DNA of 64,000 bases. It comes from Leucoraja erinacea (Eukaryota). The notes under the pieces were generated by a model. It was not told the DNA's origin and ran no database searches. It saw nothing but the letters and a program-made list of their open reading frames with translations. Both the position numbers and the translations under genes were made by a program. Below, one piece after another: positions 39,892 to 52,974 of this stretch; positions within the stretch are counted from its first letter, which is position 1; each line of letters begins with the position of its first letter. The stretch is taken from positions 7,378,001 to 7,442,000 of the forward strand of contig NC_073411.1 in assembly GCF_028641065.1 (NCBI RefSeq). The letters are read 5' to 3'.

Positions 39892-40015
39892 GGGGCCGAA
39901 TCCTAGTAAACTGCTGCAGCAGTTACTGGCACTTCGCTTGGACCAACAGTTGCAGATATTCAAGAGCCTGAAAGCCAATCTGCTCCAGAAGGGTGTGCTG
40001 CCTGCAGGGGCGTAG
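39892..40015 (+). CDS. CDS2: CDS2 exon 13 (last coding exon)
   Basis: TTCTAG| GPNPSKLLQQLLALRLDQQLQIFKSLKANLLQKGVLPAGA-TAG. Confidence 0.96.
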
Positions 40016-41769
40016 GACCGGGAGAATCACTGAAGTGGTTGCCGTATAAAGCCTCAGGAAAGAGTCCAGCCAGTGACCTTTCTCTCAAACGCAGTGCGTC
40101 CAAATTACCCTACCAGGAATTTCCACATGTAATCGAGAGTTCCATGCTCCTTGTGTAGCTAGAGCTGTGCATTCTTTATTGTTATCTGGTTGATGGGATT
40201 AATAGGTAGCAATATGTTTAATCATGGGATCACAGCTCATTAGTAGGCACATTAATGATGGCCACTGACCCGTGATTAATCATCAAAACGACACACGGAG
40301 GTTTTTTTTTGTTTTAAATGACTCGCCATTGCTGTTTACAGTGAAAGATCGGGAGGCTGGCACTGAGCTCTGTATAAATCATGGACTCTGCTCCAGTTGA
40401 ATCCCAATCTGAGCCTGTCCTGCACCAGTGCAGGAGTCTCGCGTTACAAGTCCAACTGATTGTCCATGATTTATTTGTTGCTCAGCTCTAATGTACGCTT
40501 TAGGGTGGAGTAGATGTAGTATTCAGTCTAGCCTTGACCATGTAGTTTGTGAAGAACCTGCTGTTTTACATTTGCATTCATAGGGTTTCTTGAGCCACCT
40601 GAAGGAGCTTAGAATATGATGTTTACACTGGCTGTCTCGTAGGATGTAGAGGAAAGTCTAGTAGAAACACGTCGCACTTGCACGCTGGAGAGTTTGCAGT
40701 GAGGTGTCGGGAACAGATTTAAGTGAGGAGCAATATTCTCCATTTATTGTCGATTTATTGCAAACTATCCAGCTTGCAACGTGAATGGTATCATAAACCT
40801 GCTCAAAACATTGCCTTTCTTTTGAAGTGTTCATGGGTGAAGTGGTCCTTTTGAGACGAGCATCTCCATTTTATCAGATCCTGGCGACCCCATCACTTAG
40901 TAAGGAAAGTGTTAGCTTTTACAATTATATTTAATCAAAAAAAAAATCTGTGCACTCAAGTATTATTTAGATATTAACCTGTAATATTAGCTGTTTTCTT
41001 GTGAGGCCTTTCAACAAAATCGCTGCATTGTGATTTCACGCCACTTCATGTCAATAATTTATTCGGGGAGTATAGTTTCAAAGATTGCACTTGACCTCTG
41101 GTGTCTGAACCAGATGATTGCTCTTCACGTAGATGCCATTTACAACCTGTTCAGCTATGTGGGAAATCACTATGAAGCTTGCTGTTTTTATTCTCTGTTT
41201 CCCCCCCCACCCACACTCACTTCTCATCATTCCTCGTCCCCCTCATCCACCCCCACCTCACTTGCCCAAATGACCATTCAGGCACCAGGTAACAAACAGA
41301 TGACCCAGTTGATTTACCTTTGTTCCAACCAAGAAAACGCAGGGTTAACCATACAGCCTCTGTGAGATCGATCTTGTCAGTTCGGTGTAGGTAGCTTGTA
41401 TCTGAGATGGGGATGGGACGATGATGGGAGTGAAGGTCAGGTGCATGACTAAACCGGGTCGCCTTCTGCTTGCTGATACACACGACAGCGAAAGCTAACT
41501 GTGGGGAAGGGAGTGACGGCCATTTCTCAGGAGCGCCTGAGGACTACATCGTGCCAAAGGGCTGTTGTGGAAGATTCCACTTGACAAACATGACTGTGGA
41601 ATATAATGTTACTCGTTGACTCTGGTATGAACCTGAGGGATGCCAGAAGGCTCAATAATTCAGGGAGAATGAACAGATGATTATTTTTGTGCAAATTATT
41701 ATTTTATCAATATTTCAACAAAACCTAAGAAGTAAAGATTTTCCGAACCCAAGCCTTTTGGTTTTCTGT

Positions 41770-41940
41770 GTGTTTAAGAAGGAACTGCAGATGCTGGAAA
41801 ATCGAAGGTACACAAAAAAGCTGGAGAAACTCAGCGGGTGCAGCAGCATCTATGGAGCGAAGGAAATAGGCAACGCCTATTTCCTTCGCTCCATAGATGC
41901 TGCTGGACCCGCTGAGTTTCTCCAGCTTTTTGGTGTACCT
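41770..41940. mobile_element. Palindromic PLE-derived mini-element with 16-bp TSD
   Basis: Tail plus a ~65-bp inverted repeat, flanked by CCTTTTGGTTTTCTGT at 41754-41769 and 41938-41953. Confidence 0.85.
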
Positions 41941-44898
41941 TTTGGTTTTCTGTCCTGTTAATGTATACATTGAATTCCCCACCGAAGTTTTAAAATACAC
42001 CAAACATTTGTCAATAGCCAATATTCAGTATCACCCAAAGTGACCGGAAATAATTAGTAGTTGACGCTCTAAAGATTTTACAGAGAACTATTGTGTTGAC
42101 AATCCTTATATAAATTGTGGAGATGATACATCTCTATGATTAATTGTAGACATCTTCGGAGTGAACATTGACCTGCTGTGAAATGTACTTCACCATGCAG
42201 TTCATGCATTGTACTATTTTTAATTGTTAAGGGAGGGAGACCAGTTTGAGTGGACAAATGCTGTGCCACTAATTACCATCTGCTTGTTTTATTTCCCCTC
42301 TTGTTAGCCTTCATTCCAGTATTATTAGTTGTCCGGCTGCACAGAGTGTAGAATGGAACAGGGTGAGAGGGAGAGTGAGAGCGAGAGAGAGGACTGTGTT
42401 GAGAAATATTGTGAATTACTGAGCACAATTGTTAAAGATCCCCACATACTGAACCTGCGGTGCGATCTTCCATCAATGTTTCTTCCTATGTGGTGGGTCA
42501 AAGAGAGATAGTTTACTACCAAGTGTGGATTTAGGACAATAATAATGATGGGATAGGAATGAGAAGAACTCAGGAATTGTCTCAGTCTGGTCTGTTTTTA
42601 CTGAGAAACTGTTTTCTAATTTCTTTCAAATCATTTGAGTAAGTTCACTGGGAAAGATAGCCACTAGCTTCATTGATCTGGATAGGTCCTACTTAGGCTG
42701 CTGCGCTTGGAACAGCATAAATTACTTTGAACCATTATAATATTCTTGAGATCGCCAACCTAGAAAATTCCCGTTGTTTTTTGACATTTGCTGGAATTGC
42801 ACACTGAAGCCCAATTTATTTCTCTACATGGGAGTGGGGGCCAGAGAATAGGAGTAGATTTGGTCATGTACCAGCATCACCTGCGGTGATCTGACGAAAG
42901 TTCTACGAATTTCAGCATCTTAGCTATGATTTCTCCTTAAAGCAAGACTGATGATTGAATAATGTAATCTGTGCCACACCGAATCCTTTTGCAGCCACAC
43001 GTATGTTGCAATAACCTTCCTTTGAAATATTTTATCTCTCATTATTGGTCTGTGAACATAACGGCAGAATTTCTGCAATACATGAATGCATAAAATGTTG
43101 ATAGTCTGTAACTTTGATATACTGTGAATTAATAATATTTCTACTGTTTACTTTTCTGATTGAATATTGCTAGAGGGTACGCAGTTATTGCAAAGGTTTG
43201 TGCTTAATTTATGAGCAGAAGCCTGTGAAGTTGTGGCATCTATTAAATATTTTGAACAAACCAGAAAATATTTTGAACAAACTTTGCGAAGGAATCAGGT
43301 TTTTAAAACATCAGCTGAAGAATCAGTGTGGTATAAAATGAGTCAACTTTTTTTGTCAGCTTGATGAAGGATATTACAATTATTTTTTCCTCTGTTATAA
43401 AAATGTATCCTTTTAAAATATATTCCTATTACATTTAAATTGAAGTTTTTGTTGATTCAGACTTATAACCTATAGCTCTGCAAACTATATACCGTACACG
43501 CTGTCTTCAATTAATATTTTGTGTATTTAAGTTCATAAAAGGAATATCTGGGACATGATTCTATCTCAGGCTCAATAATGTTCTGAAAAGCAGTCTGCTA
43601 CCTTTCCATGAGTGTCAATCTGAACAGCATCAATGATCTTCCGAAAATGAACAAGTGCTAAATGTGCCTCTCCCACACAGGGCTGTCAATGTAGGATGTT
43701 TATCAAAGTGATACACAAACCGTTTGAAATAATGACAATCCCTTAAATATCTTAAATATCCTCTCTTGCAGTGTGCCCTAATATTATTGAGCAATTTAAG
43801 TTTGTTTGAATGGAGTATATATTTTGCCAAAGTATCCCTTAGTCTTTGATAATAGTGCACAAATACTTAATACATGGCATGAAATTGCTGTCCACTGGCA
43901 TAAAATACATGTACCAAATACATGCCTTGGTAGGACAGCTGAGAAGATTCAAAACATGGATCAGAAACTGAAAAATGGTAGTTGGGAGAGATTTGGTTGC
44001 AAGCTTAATTATGGGGTTGCAGAGGTACAAGAATTTGATGATGTTTCTCCGAGCCTCGAGCAAGTGACCTAGAAGTGGACTAAGTGTTGTGATTACTCTG
44101 GAGAGATATTGAAGTAAATCATGCAGGGGATATGCACGAGTTGCACACTGGCCTGTGGTAAATATAGGTGATGTGCAAGTCAACACTACACCCAAAACAC
44201 TTCAGCTTCCACACTGCAATCTGTGGTGCCTGCAGAAATGTTATTTCCTCCCTCTTGGTATGAGAGATTCTAATGAGAATCAGGAAGCAGTCATGAATGT
44301 CTTTTTTAATTCACAGAGGATATTTCAAAACAAAAACAACATCTAACAAAGGTGTTGGGTGTGAGGGTGCTTGCAAGAACTATATTAATTTTGAGTTTAG
44401 TCACGCAAAGTGTCTTGTGGAAGCTATGAAACATGTTTTTATTCTTTAAACATTGTCCATGCACTGTTGTACAGTATCTTTAGATGAACAACTTGTGAGG
44501 AAATGCTGTGTCTGATCTCAGAGAGGTTCGTCTTTCTGCCCCTTGCCTTGATTCAGTAGTGTAAAGTAGAGCCAGCCAATACTCTTTACATTTTTACACT
44601 CTACTGATGTATATGTTTTTTTTTTTTTACATATCCAAAATCTGAGTCTGTTGATCGATAGATGTATTAACATGAATACAGAATGCAGTTTGCTATATTT
44701 TTAAATAAATTAGTTAAATATGCTGCAGTAGCTCAAAAATCTGTTAACAAATGTGATAAATATGTAAAGTGACATTTCAATGCCTGGAGTAGTGGGACAG
44801 TATTTGCAGCTGGTGGAGGTATTGTATAGAGCTGATGCATAGTGAGATGGTATCATGCCCACACAATGGAAGGGACAGCAAACATGGGATTATATAGC

Positions 44899-45105
44899 AG
44901 GACACAAAGTGCTGCAGTAACTCAGTGGGTCAGACGGAATCCCTAAAGAATGTGGATAGGATACGTTTTGAGCCTGAACCCATCTTCAGTCTGTCCCAAA
45001 ATGTCACCTATCCATGTTCTCCAAGAATGCTGACTGACCCACTGAGTTACCCCAGCACTTTGTGTCCTTTTTAGTAAACCTGCATCAACAGTACCTTGTT
45101 TGTAC
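44899..45105. mobile_element. Older palindromic PLE-derived mini-element
   Basis: AGGACACAAAGTGCTG...CAGCACTTTGTGTCCT inverted arms plus a tail. Confidence 0.75.
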
Positions 45106-46285
45106 ATGAGATATAGTAGTACAGCTCTGATGCAATATGAAGGCTGCCTAATGCTTTGTTGAGGGAATCATTGCTTTTCTTTGATAGTGCCCTGTGAGTG
45201 CATCCACTGTATAGATTTCACAGCTTTGACTACCAAGCTTGTAGAATGAAAACCCCCGTTTCCAAATAAGTTGAATGCTTCGAGCTGAGATCCAAAATAG
45301 TAATGTTGATGCTGATTTTGTTTACAACTTGAAAATTTCCTGAGGATATTTTTCGGATAGGATTTCTCTTGCTTTACCTGCTGAGGCTGATGCCTCCGAA
45401 TTCAAGTGTGGCTTTCCAGCTGAATACAATGAAGTGAAACGCTACTCTTTGCTCCCTCTTTAGGGAATCACATTTTGCCAGGGCACAGATTGGGAATTGA
45501 AGCAGGGAATCATACCATGGCTTTACACATTATCGGATACTAAATGCAACAATGTTGTCAAATTAGATATCCACTTTTAATTACACTCAAGCGCTAACAA
45601 TTGTTGCATTAATCAAATATGCTATTGCAATAAATTTATTGGTGGAATGGCTCGATATACAAAAAGGCATCATGTATAATTTGCACTCTACTTTCCTCAC
45701 AGTAAAGTCAGTGACCTGGGTACAAAGGGCATTAGAAGGGCTGCAACACAAATGAAAGTGTGAGTTGTGTAGACCGAGCGATGTATGGTGTGAAGTGTGG
45801 AGCTGTAGATGTCAGAGCAGGTGAATGAGGGTCATCTTCCACTTTGGATGAATGATTTATTTTCAACCATCAAGCCAAAAAAATTCTAATATGAGATGTG
45901 AGTTCTTCCACTTGCCCAGTGATCTTAACAGTTCTGCATAAAAGAAGGAAGCTGCTCCTAACTTTGAAGCCTCTTGAAGACTAGACACAGCATTCCCTTT
46001 GGATTAGATTGCAGCACGGACTAATGCACACATTTAGTTAGGTAATGCGCTTGAGTAAATTGCTTATTTTCTTAATGCTAAATATTTGTCTGTGTGAAGT
46101 ATAAAATATTCAGTTCAAGTGAAACCTGCCATGTGTTACTGTACATGTCTGTATTTGTATTGAACATTTCAACACATGTGTTCATATGTGTGCGTGTATG
46201 CATATATAGTATAGATGCGCTAACACACACGTGTATGTGTATATTTGATGTTGTTAAAGAGTACACATTATTTATATATGTTCGA

Positions 46286-46305
46286 AATAAAAAAATCCTA
46301 TTAAA
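46286..46305 (+). terminator. Candidate polyadenylation signals for CDS2
   Basis: AATAAA (46286-46291) and ATTAAA (46300-46305) followed by a T-rich downstream element (TCATTCTTTTTG). Confidence 0.5.
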
Positions 46306-47099
46306 TGACAAAGCGGTCATTCATTCTTTTTGACCTTGCAGCTGCAATATTTTTATAAAGATAACCAGGTAACGTTTGAACTTTAGCAAAGGAAAACTTA
46401 CCTGGTGTAGTCTTTGTGATTCCATTACCACAGCCCTGTGTCTCACATGCCGAGTAACCTACAAATACCTACAGATTATACAAACAATCACAAAAAAATA
46501 TGATAAAAGGTAGAAACACAGAGCTGCAGATGCTGTTTTATGTCAAAGATAGACACATAATGCTGGTTTAACTCAGCAGGCCAGGCAGCATCTCTGGAGA
46601 TAAAGGATAGGTAAAGTTTCGGGTCAGGTCCCTTATTCTTCAGAACCAGGGTCAAGAAGGGTTCCGACCTGAAATATCACCCATTCCTTCTCTCCAGAGT
46701 TGCTGCCTCTCCCGCTGAGTTACTCCAGCATTTTGTGTCTATCTTCAGGGTATGCACTGCTCCACACTTCAGAACCAATGACGGGAATCTATGGACTAGT
46801 CACCTTCCCCACCAACCCTCACCAACATGAGACTGTGGTTGAATATATTCTTGGAGTAGGCAACATGCGGCAAACATTGGTTGGCTGACACAACCACCCA
46901 TTATGCTGCCTTCCAAGTCTGAAGTGGAAAGGGAATTGATCTTGATGACCCAATTGGATGAATTGATTTTAACTAGATCACTTAAGAAGGATCTTGCCCC
47001 GAAACGTCACCCATTCCTTCTCTCCAGAGATCCTGTTCCGCTGAGTTATTCCAGCATTTTATGCTTATCTATTTTTAAAATTTGAGCTATGGCTATTAA

Positions 47100-48400
47100 A
47101 CCGAAGACCTTTTTCTCCTAAAAAAGTCTTGTTAAACAATGCTTATTACAGTGTCTTTGAGGTGAGACATTGACATGTTTCTAAGATAGTTGTGTGATGC
47201 AGACTATAATAATGATTATATATGATAATGATTCTTGATTTGTATGGGTGTCGGGGGTTATTCAGAGAAGGCAGGAGAATGGGTGTCAAGTCTTCTAATG
47301 TTTTTGTGCAGATTCCCCGCTTGAAAGGGATCTGATTCATCAGATTCAACTGGATTTCACTCAATGACCAAACCACTTCTTTTCCATTTTTTTTTTTGTT
47401 TCCTTTTATTTTGGCAGATTCAGCAATTAATTGGCAGTTTCACTTGATTTATTGCTTCAGCCATTACTTTGAAGGCATTTGGATGTTGTAGGTCTTAAGG
47501 TATTTAACAGTTTAGTCTTTTAGCAGGTGCAAAACTGGCTGCCAATCGGGTGCTGTAGATAATCAGTCCTGCATGCCTTCGCTGGCGATCGTGGCAGTTT
47601 TTAGGACAGTGTCTTAGATTATACTGTTCAAGTTTTTAGCCGCAAGTCAACTTCCATCTTTTTCCTCGCTTCTGGTGCTGTGTGCCCTTTTTTAAAGCCC
47701 CGGGCGGAACTCGGCTTATCTCCGCTTCTCTGTTCACGGTCGGGCTTTCTCTGCTTTCTCCCCCCACCGGGTTGACTGTTCCCAGTTGGGCTGAAGACTC
47801 AGCCTCTTGTCGGTGGCTTTTCTGGACCTGTCCGTGGCCTTCACGGTACTAGGCCCCCACCCGACATCTGTGGCTGCTGCTTGGGCTTGGCTGCGGGCTG
47901 CACAGCCCTGGATACATTCCAGGTAAGCTGACACCGTGCTTGGTGACCCTTACTGCCCCTGCTTGTTTTCCTAGCTCTTCCCTGAGCTATTGCTTCCCGT
48001 TCCTACCTTTTTTCTTTTTAGGCACCAATTCAAAACCATTTGGCTTGGTGCTGTTCCACTTGTTTCCAAATACTACTATTTTTAACTTTTGTTTTCGATT
48101 CTTCTTGCTGGCCTTGTTCTTATCTTCGTTCTTTTCTCCTCGTCGCCAATTGTTGTGTATTCGGATGCTTTGAACAGTCGTGAATAAAGGCTCGGACACG
48201 GGAGGAATCATACAAGCTTCTTTACTGCAGGACGCCACCTTGTCTTTTTTTGCTCATGCGTACTTGCCCCAGACATCACAAGACACCAATTACTTATCCT
48301 AATTATCCCATACCTAACACTCCTCCCCCTTTAACTTGGAGGACGGTAACACCAATTATATTACATATATAATACTCCTCCCCCTTGAACTTGGAGGCAG
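47100..48400 (-). mobile_element. LTR-retrotransposon remnant: PPT, 169-bp LTR, PBS and ~1 kb internal sequence
   Basis: Minus strand: AAAGGGGGAGGAG (48320-48332), TGTT...AACA (48319-48151), then AT and TGGCGACGAGGA (48148-48137). The left boundary is uncertain. Confidence 0.7.
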
Positions 48401-49656
48401 GTAATACCTTTCATTACAGTTTGACTTGACAATGGGGTTAAGAGGGAAAGGTCGATCAGCCATGATTGAATGGCAGAGTAGACTTGATGGGCCAAAAGGC
48501 CTAATTCTTCTATCACTTATGGATGATGAAGGAGGCTGCGTGGTGATCTGATACAAATATATTAGATTGCAAAAGGCGTTGGTAGTTAAGATCTTTATCT
48601 CTAGGTGGAAATGTCAAAAACAAGTGGCTATACTTCAAGGTTTAATGCGAAAGATAATTGTTTTTAGGAGGATCCAAAGTGTAGGTTTTCAACATAGCGA
48701 ATGCTTGATATCTGGAATGCATCGCCAGAGAATGTGATGGAACCAAATACAATTACTGTGTTTAAGATGCATTTTTAGACAGGTTCAAATAGGCAAGACA
48801 CAAAAGGATGCCGTTCTAATGTGGGTAACTGGATTATGTGCAGATGGGCCTGAAGGTAGCCTTGGATATGGTGGGCCAGGGAGTCTGGCTCTGTTCCGTA
48901 CAACTCTAATACACTATCTTTTTTATAGTTTATTTTTTATGGATAGTTATATGGACGGGAAGGGAATGGAGGGTTATGGTCTGAGCGCAGGTATATGGGA
49001 CTAGCGGAGATTATGTGTTCGGCACGGACTAGAAGGGTCGAGATGGCCTGTTTCCGTGCTGTAATTGTTATATGGTTATATGGTTATAAGTATATTGATA
49101 GTAGAGACCTGCACAGATGTGGTTCTATATAATTAGATGGTTCTATATGTGGGCTAAACGTGGTTCCATATAATTAGAACAACACATCACATGTATTTAA
49201 ATCTTCATACATTAAACGCAACATACTGTTTGCCTGCCTTATTTACTTGCTGAGTCTCTATGATTTGTGCATAACCACACTCTGATCCCTCTGAACCACC
49301 TTTCAGGCCTTTCACCAATTTCCCTTTCAATTTTGTCCACTAACTTCACTCTGAGGCACCTCTGCATCTTTCTGATGGCCCATGGAGCCGCCTAACCTTG
49401 TGTATCATTTTATTGGGTGGCACGGTGGTGCAGCAGAAAAGTTGTTTCCTTACACACACACACAGCGCCAGAAACCCAGGTTCGATCCTGGCGCTGGTCT
49501 GTATGGAGTTTGTGCGTTCTCCCGTGACCTGTGCGGGCTTTTTTCTGAGAACTTTGGTTCCCTCCACACTCCAACGACGTACAAGTTTGTGGGTTCATTG
49601 GCTTGGCATAAACGTAAAATAATTGTCCCTTGTGTAGGAGAGTGTTAATATGCAGG

Positions 49657-49862
49657 AAGACAAAAATGCTGGAGAAACTCAGCGGGTGAGGCAGCCATCT
49701 ATGGAGCGAAGGAATAGGTGACGTTTCGGGTCGAGACCCGGAAGGGTCTCGACCCGAAACGTCACCTATTCCTTCGCTCCATAGATGCTACCTCACCCGA
49801 TGAGTTTCTCCAGCATTTTTGTCTACCTTCGATTTTCAAGCATCTGCAGTTCTTTTTTAAAC
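49657..49862. mobile_element. Near-perfect palindromic PLE-derived mini-element inside a V-SINE
   Basis: ~80-bp inverted arms centred on GAGACCCGGAAGGGTCTC, followed by the TTCGATTTTCAAGCATCTGCAGTTC tail. Confidence 0.85.
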
Positions 49863-50409
49863 AACGTTATTGTGCAGGGATCGCTGATCACTAGATGGCG
49901 CTGACCACTAAATATATGTAAGATGGAGCTGGAATCAGTATCTGCTCTGGTGACAAAAGTGTTTAATTTTCCATTTGATTTCATTACCACCACAGTCATC
50001 AAGATGTCACAAACTGGCCGGGTGCAGTGAAATGAAAGTGGAACTGTGGCCAAAACTGACAACATTTTTACACACATATTTTTTACATAATAAATCGGAA
50101 CCCAAGTCCCTTGAGAAAGTTTAAGTCCATTGATGAAGGACCTTCAACCTCTCCGTTCTCACTGCATGGCAACGGAGGCGTTACTGTCGGCTGCAAGTCT
50201 GTTCAGGGGGAAGAGGTCTCTCATGATTTTGTTTTCTGGAGTTGCAACATGTATAGTTCCTGCAGGGGGGTGAGTGCTCTAGTTGGGCCGATCACTAGCA
50301 GAGGTTGTCCTATTCCCCACCAGATGGTAATTCTCTGGAGATGCTGCGCTGCGTAGGCTGGATCCTCGGAGACACTTACTTGCCAGCCTTACTCACCATG
50401 TGGACTCCC

Positions 50410-50605
50410 AGATATTTTGTGTCCTTTTGTGCATTAACCAGCCTTCTCGTTGTTGTCTCTGCAGTTACTTGTTTCTAAGAGTCAATGACTTTGCTGTGGG
50501 TCTGGATGCTGCCTGACTGGCTGAGTTACTGCAGCACTTTGCGTCCTTTTGTGCATTAACCAGCATCTGCAGTTACTTGTTTCTAAGAGTCAATGACTTT
50601 GCTCT
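50410..50605. repeat. Local tandem duplication (~120-nt period) of a PLE-repeat tail
   Basis: GTCCTTTTGTGCATTAACCAGC...CTGCAGTTACTTGTTTCTAAGAGTCAATGACTTTGCT occurs twice. Confidence 0.75.
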
Positions 50606-52974
50606 GGACTCACACATAAACCACATCTCATAACAATGGTAATGAATTTGGATATAACAACTGACATTATCAATAATATTCCTTCCTGCAATGTATATCT
50701 ACCTCAGTCAGGTAACGAGTGCAGTGAACAGTCTGAAAACTGACCAAGGTACTGTTGACCCATGAAATCCTGAGCTCAGGGTCAAACCAATACCTTTAAG
50801 TGGCACAGGGACAATTCTCTCTTTTAACCATATAAGGAAGAAGCAGAACTCTCAAAGCAGATACACAATTATGAACAAGTGCAGAACTGTTTTTTTGTAA
50901 TAGGAATGAATGAATTACCTGCTTGGATCCAAAGTGGTATTCTGGTATAAGTTATACGAGCAGAATTAGGCCATTTGTCCCATCAAGTCTACTCTGCCAT
51001 TCAATCGTGGCTGATCTAGCTTTCCCTCTCAACTCCATTCTCCTGTCTCCTCCCCACAACCCCTGTCACCCGTACTAATGAAGAATCTGTAAATCTCTGC
51101 CATTAAAAAAATCCATTGATTTGTCGTCCACAGCCTCCTGTGGTAATGAATTCCACAGATTCACCATCCTCTGGCTAAAGAAATCCCTCCATCAATGGAT
51201 TCTTGTACCTCACTGTCGAAGGGTTGGATGTTGTGATTACTCACTGCCTGGTATTAGGTATTTACTCATTCACACAGACGGAGACATCAGTTGAATGAGT
51301 CAGGCAGTGAGGTCACTGACTGGGTGCAGATTGGCCCCATTACAGAGGGAGCCTGTACTTTGTCTTCGTGTTTGCCAGATTCACAGGAATAAGTTTGTGG
51401 TTTAGTCCCTTGGAAAGTAGGTTGGGGCAGTGCTGTGAGAATCGAATTCATGGGTGTCCGAACATGGACACTGCAAAAGGTCACCTCCTCTCTCCTCACA
51501 CCTGCTGCTAATATATTGCGTGTATACACAGTATATATATACATTGGAAACCAACTCAAGGCATTTCACAGGGGAAAGTCAGGCAAGAACTGACAGTGTA
51601 CAAGAGGACTGAGAGATCAGCTTTAGTGCAAACCTTTAAAGGAAAGAGAGAGATGGAGAAAGGGAGAGAGTTTGGTTCATTATTGTCATGTGTACCGAGG
51701 TACAGTGAAAAGCTTATAGTTGCCTGCTATCCAGTCAGCGAATAGACGGTACATTATTACAATAAAGCCATGCAGAGTTTACCCATACAGGATAAGGTAT
51801 AACGTTTACTATATGATAAAGTTCAATAAAATCCGATTAAAGATAGTTTGAATGTTTCCAATGAGGTAGATGGAAGTTCATAACCGCTCTCTAGTTGCTG
51901 TTAGTTGCCTTGATAACAGCCGGGAAGAAACTGTACCTGAATCTGGAAGTATATTCATCTTCAAACTTCTGTATCTCTTGCCCGATGGGAGAGGCGAGAA
52001 GAGGGAGTGATCTGATCTGATGAGACTGATCCTTGATTGTGTTGGTGGCCTTGCCATGGCAGTGTGAAGTGTGGATGAAGATAGAGCAGGAGAGAGGGAG
52101 AGAGATGGAGAGCGAGAGAGAGAGACAGAGAGACAGAGAGAAAGAGAGACAACAAAGATGAGAGTTTGAGAGCAAGGCACACCGCCAATAGAAGAATGAA
52201 AACATTGGAGGAAAGCACAATAAAAGCTGGAAGAAAATAAAGAGTTCTTGAAAATCAACTGAGCAATTGGCATGGAGCATGGGCATGGAGAGATTTAACA
52301 TAATAAGAGATGTTTAGAAGTGCAGCTTTGCTTAACCAACAGCCGGTGAAGGTTGAGCTGCGTGAATAAATTGGATGACCAGATGTCCTTGCATGTAAAG
52401 ATCCTGGCAGCAGATCTTGTTTAATAAGAGAAGATAAGATACGGCCCTCTTGTCCCCTCCAATGCCTAGAATTGGATGTGCATGCTTATAAGTGATTTGA
52501 GCAGAATCAGGCCATTCGGCCCATCTAGACTACTCCGCCATTCAATCATGGCTGATCTATCTTTCCCTCTCAACCCCATTCTCCTGCCTTCTCCCCCTAA
52601 CCCCTGACTCCCTTACAAATCGACAATCTGTCAATATACACCTTAAAAATACCCAATGACTTGGCCTCCACAGCCGTCTGTGGCAATTAATTCCACAGAT
52701 TCACCACCCTCTGATTAAAGAACTTCCTCCTCATCATCTTTCTTTAGGTATGACCTTTTATTCTGGCCCTTCCTACCAGTGGAAACATCCTCTCCACATC
52801 CACTCTATCCAGGCCTTTCACTATTCGGTAAGAATACATCACCGCAATTGGTGCCAGACCTGTGTTTCATGCTTATCCATTCTCTCCCCTCTCTTAAATT
52901 AGCGTTGGTTAATTTGCATTTGTTAATTTTCAGATTTAATCATGACTCCTTTCAGCATCTTAATACAAATCTTG

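Larger units (their letters stand above)
12505..40015 (+). other. CDS2: CDS2 gene coding span (13 exons, 1305 nt, 434 aa phosphatidate cytidylyltransferase 2)
   Basis: Exons of 48+122+97+98+140+59+83+88+69+153+120+104+124 nt splice in frame. Contains SPKKTWEG and the CDP-DAG synthase signature [27 protein letters not shown]. Head-to-head with PCNA, as CDS2 is in mammals. Confidence 0.96.
40016..46320 (+). other. CDS2: Probable long CDS2 3' UTR (~6.3 kb)
   Basis: Repeat-poor, AT-rich stretch after the stop codon, ending at AATAAA/ATTAAA signals; dense repeats resume right after. Mammalian CDS2 also has a multi-kb 3' UTR. The end point is inferred. Confidence 0.55.

Noticed and set aside
40013-40033. 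Possible stop-codon readthrough of CDS2 (TAG GAC CGG GAG AAT CAC TGA)
   Set aside because: No readthrough context (not TGA-CTAG) and the extension would be only 6 residues.
49418-49500. tRNA-like A/B boxes (GGTTCGATCC) here and elsewhere
   Set aside because: These are heads of V-SINEs, each followed by the V-domain, not cloverleaf tRNA genes.
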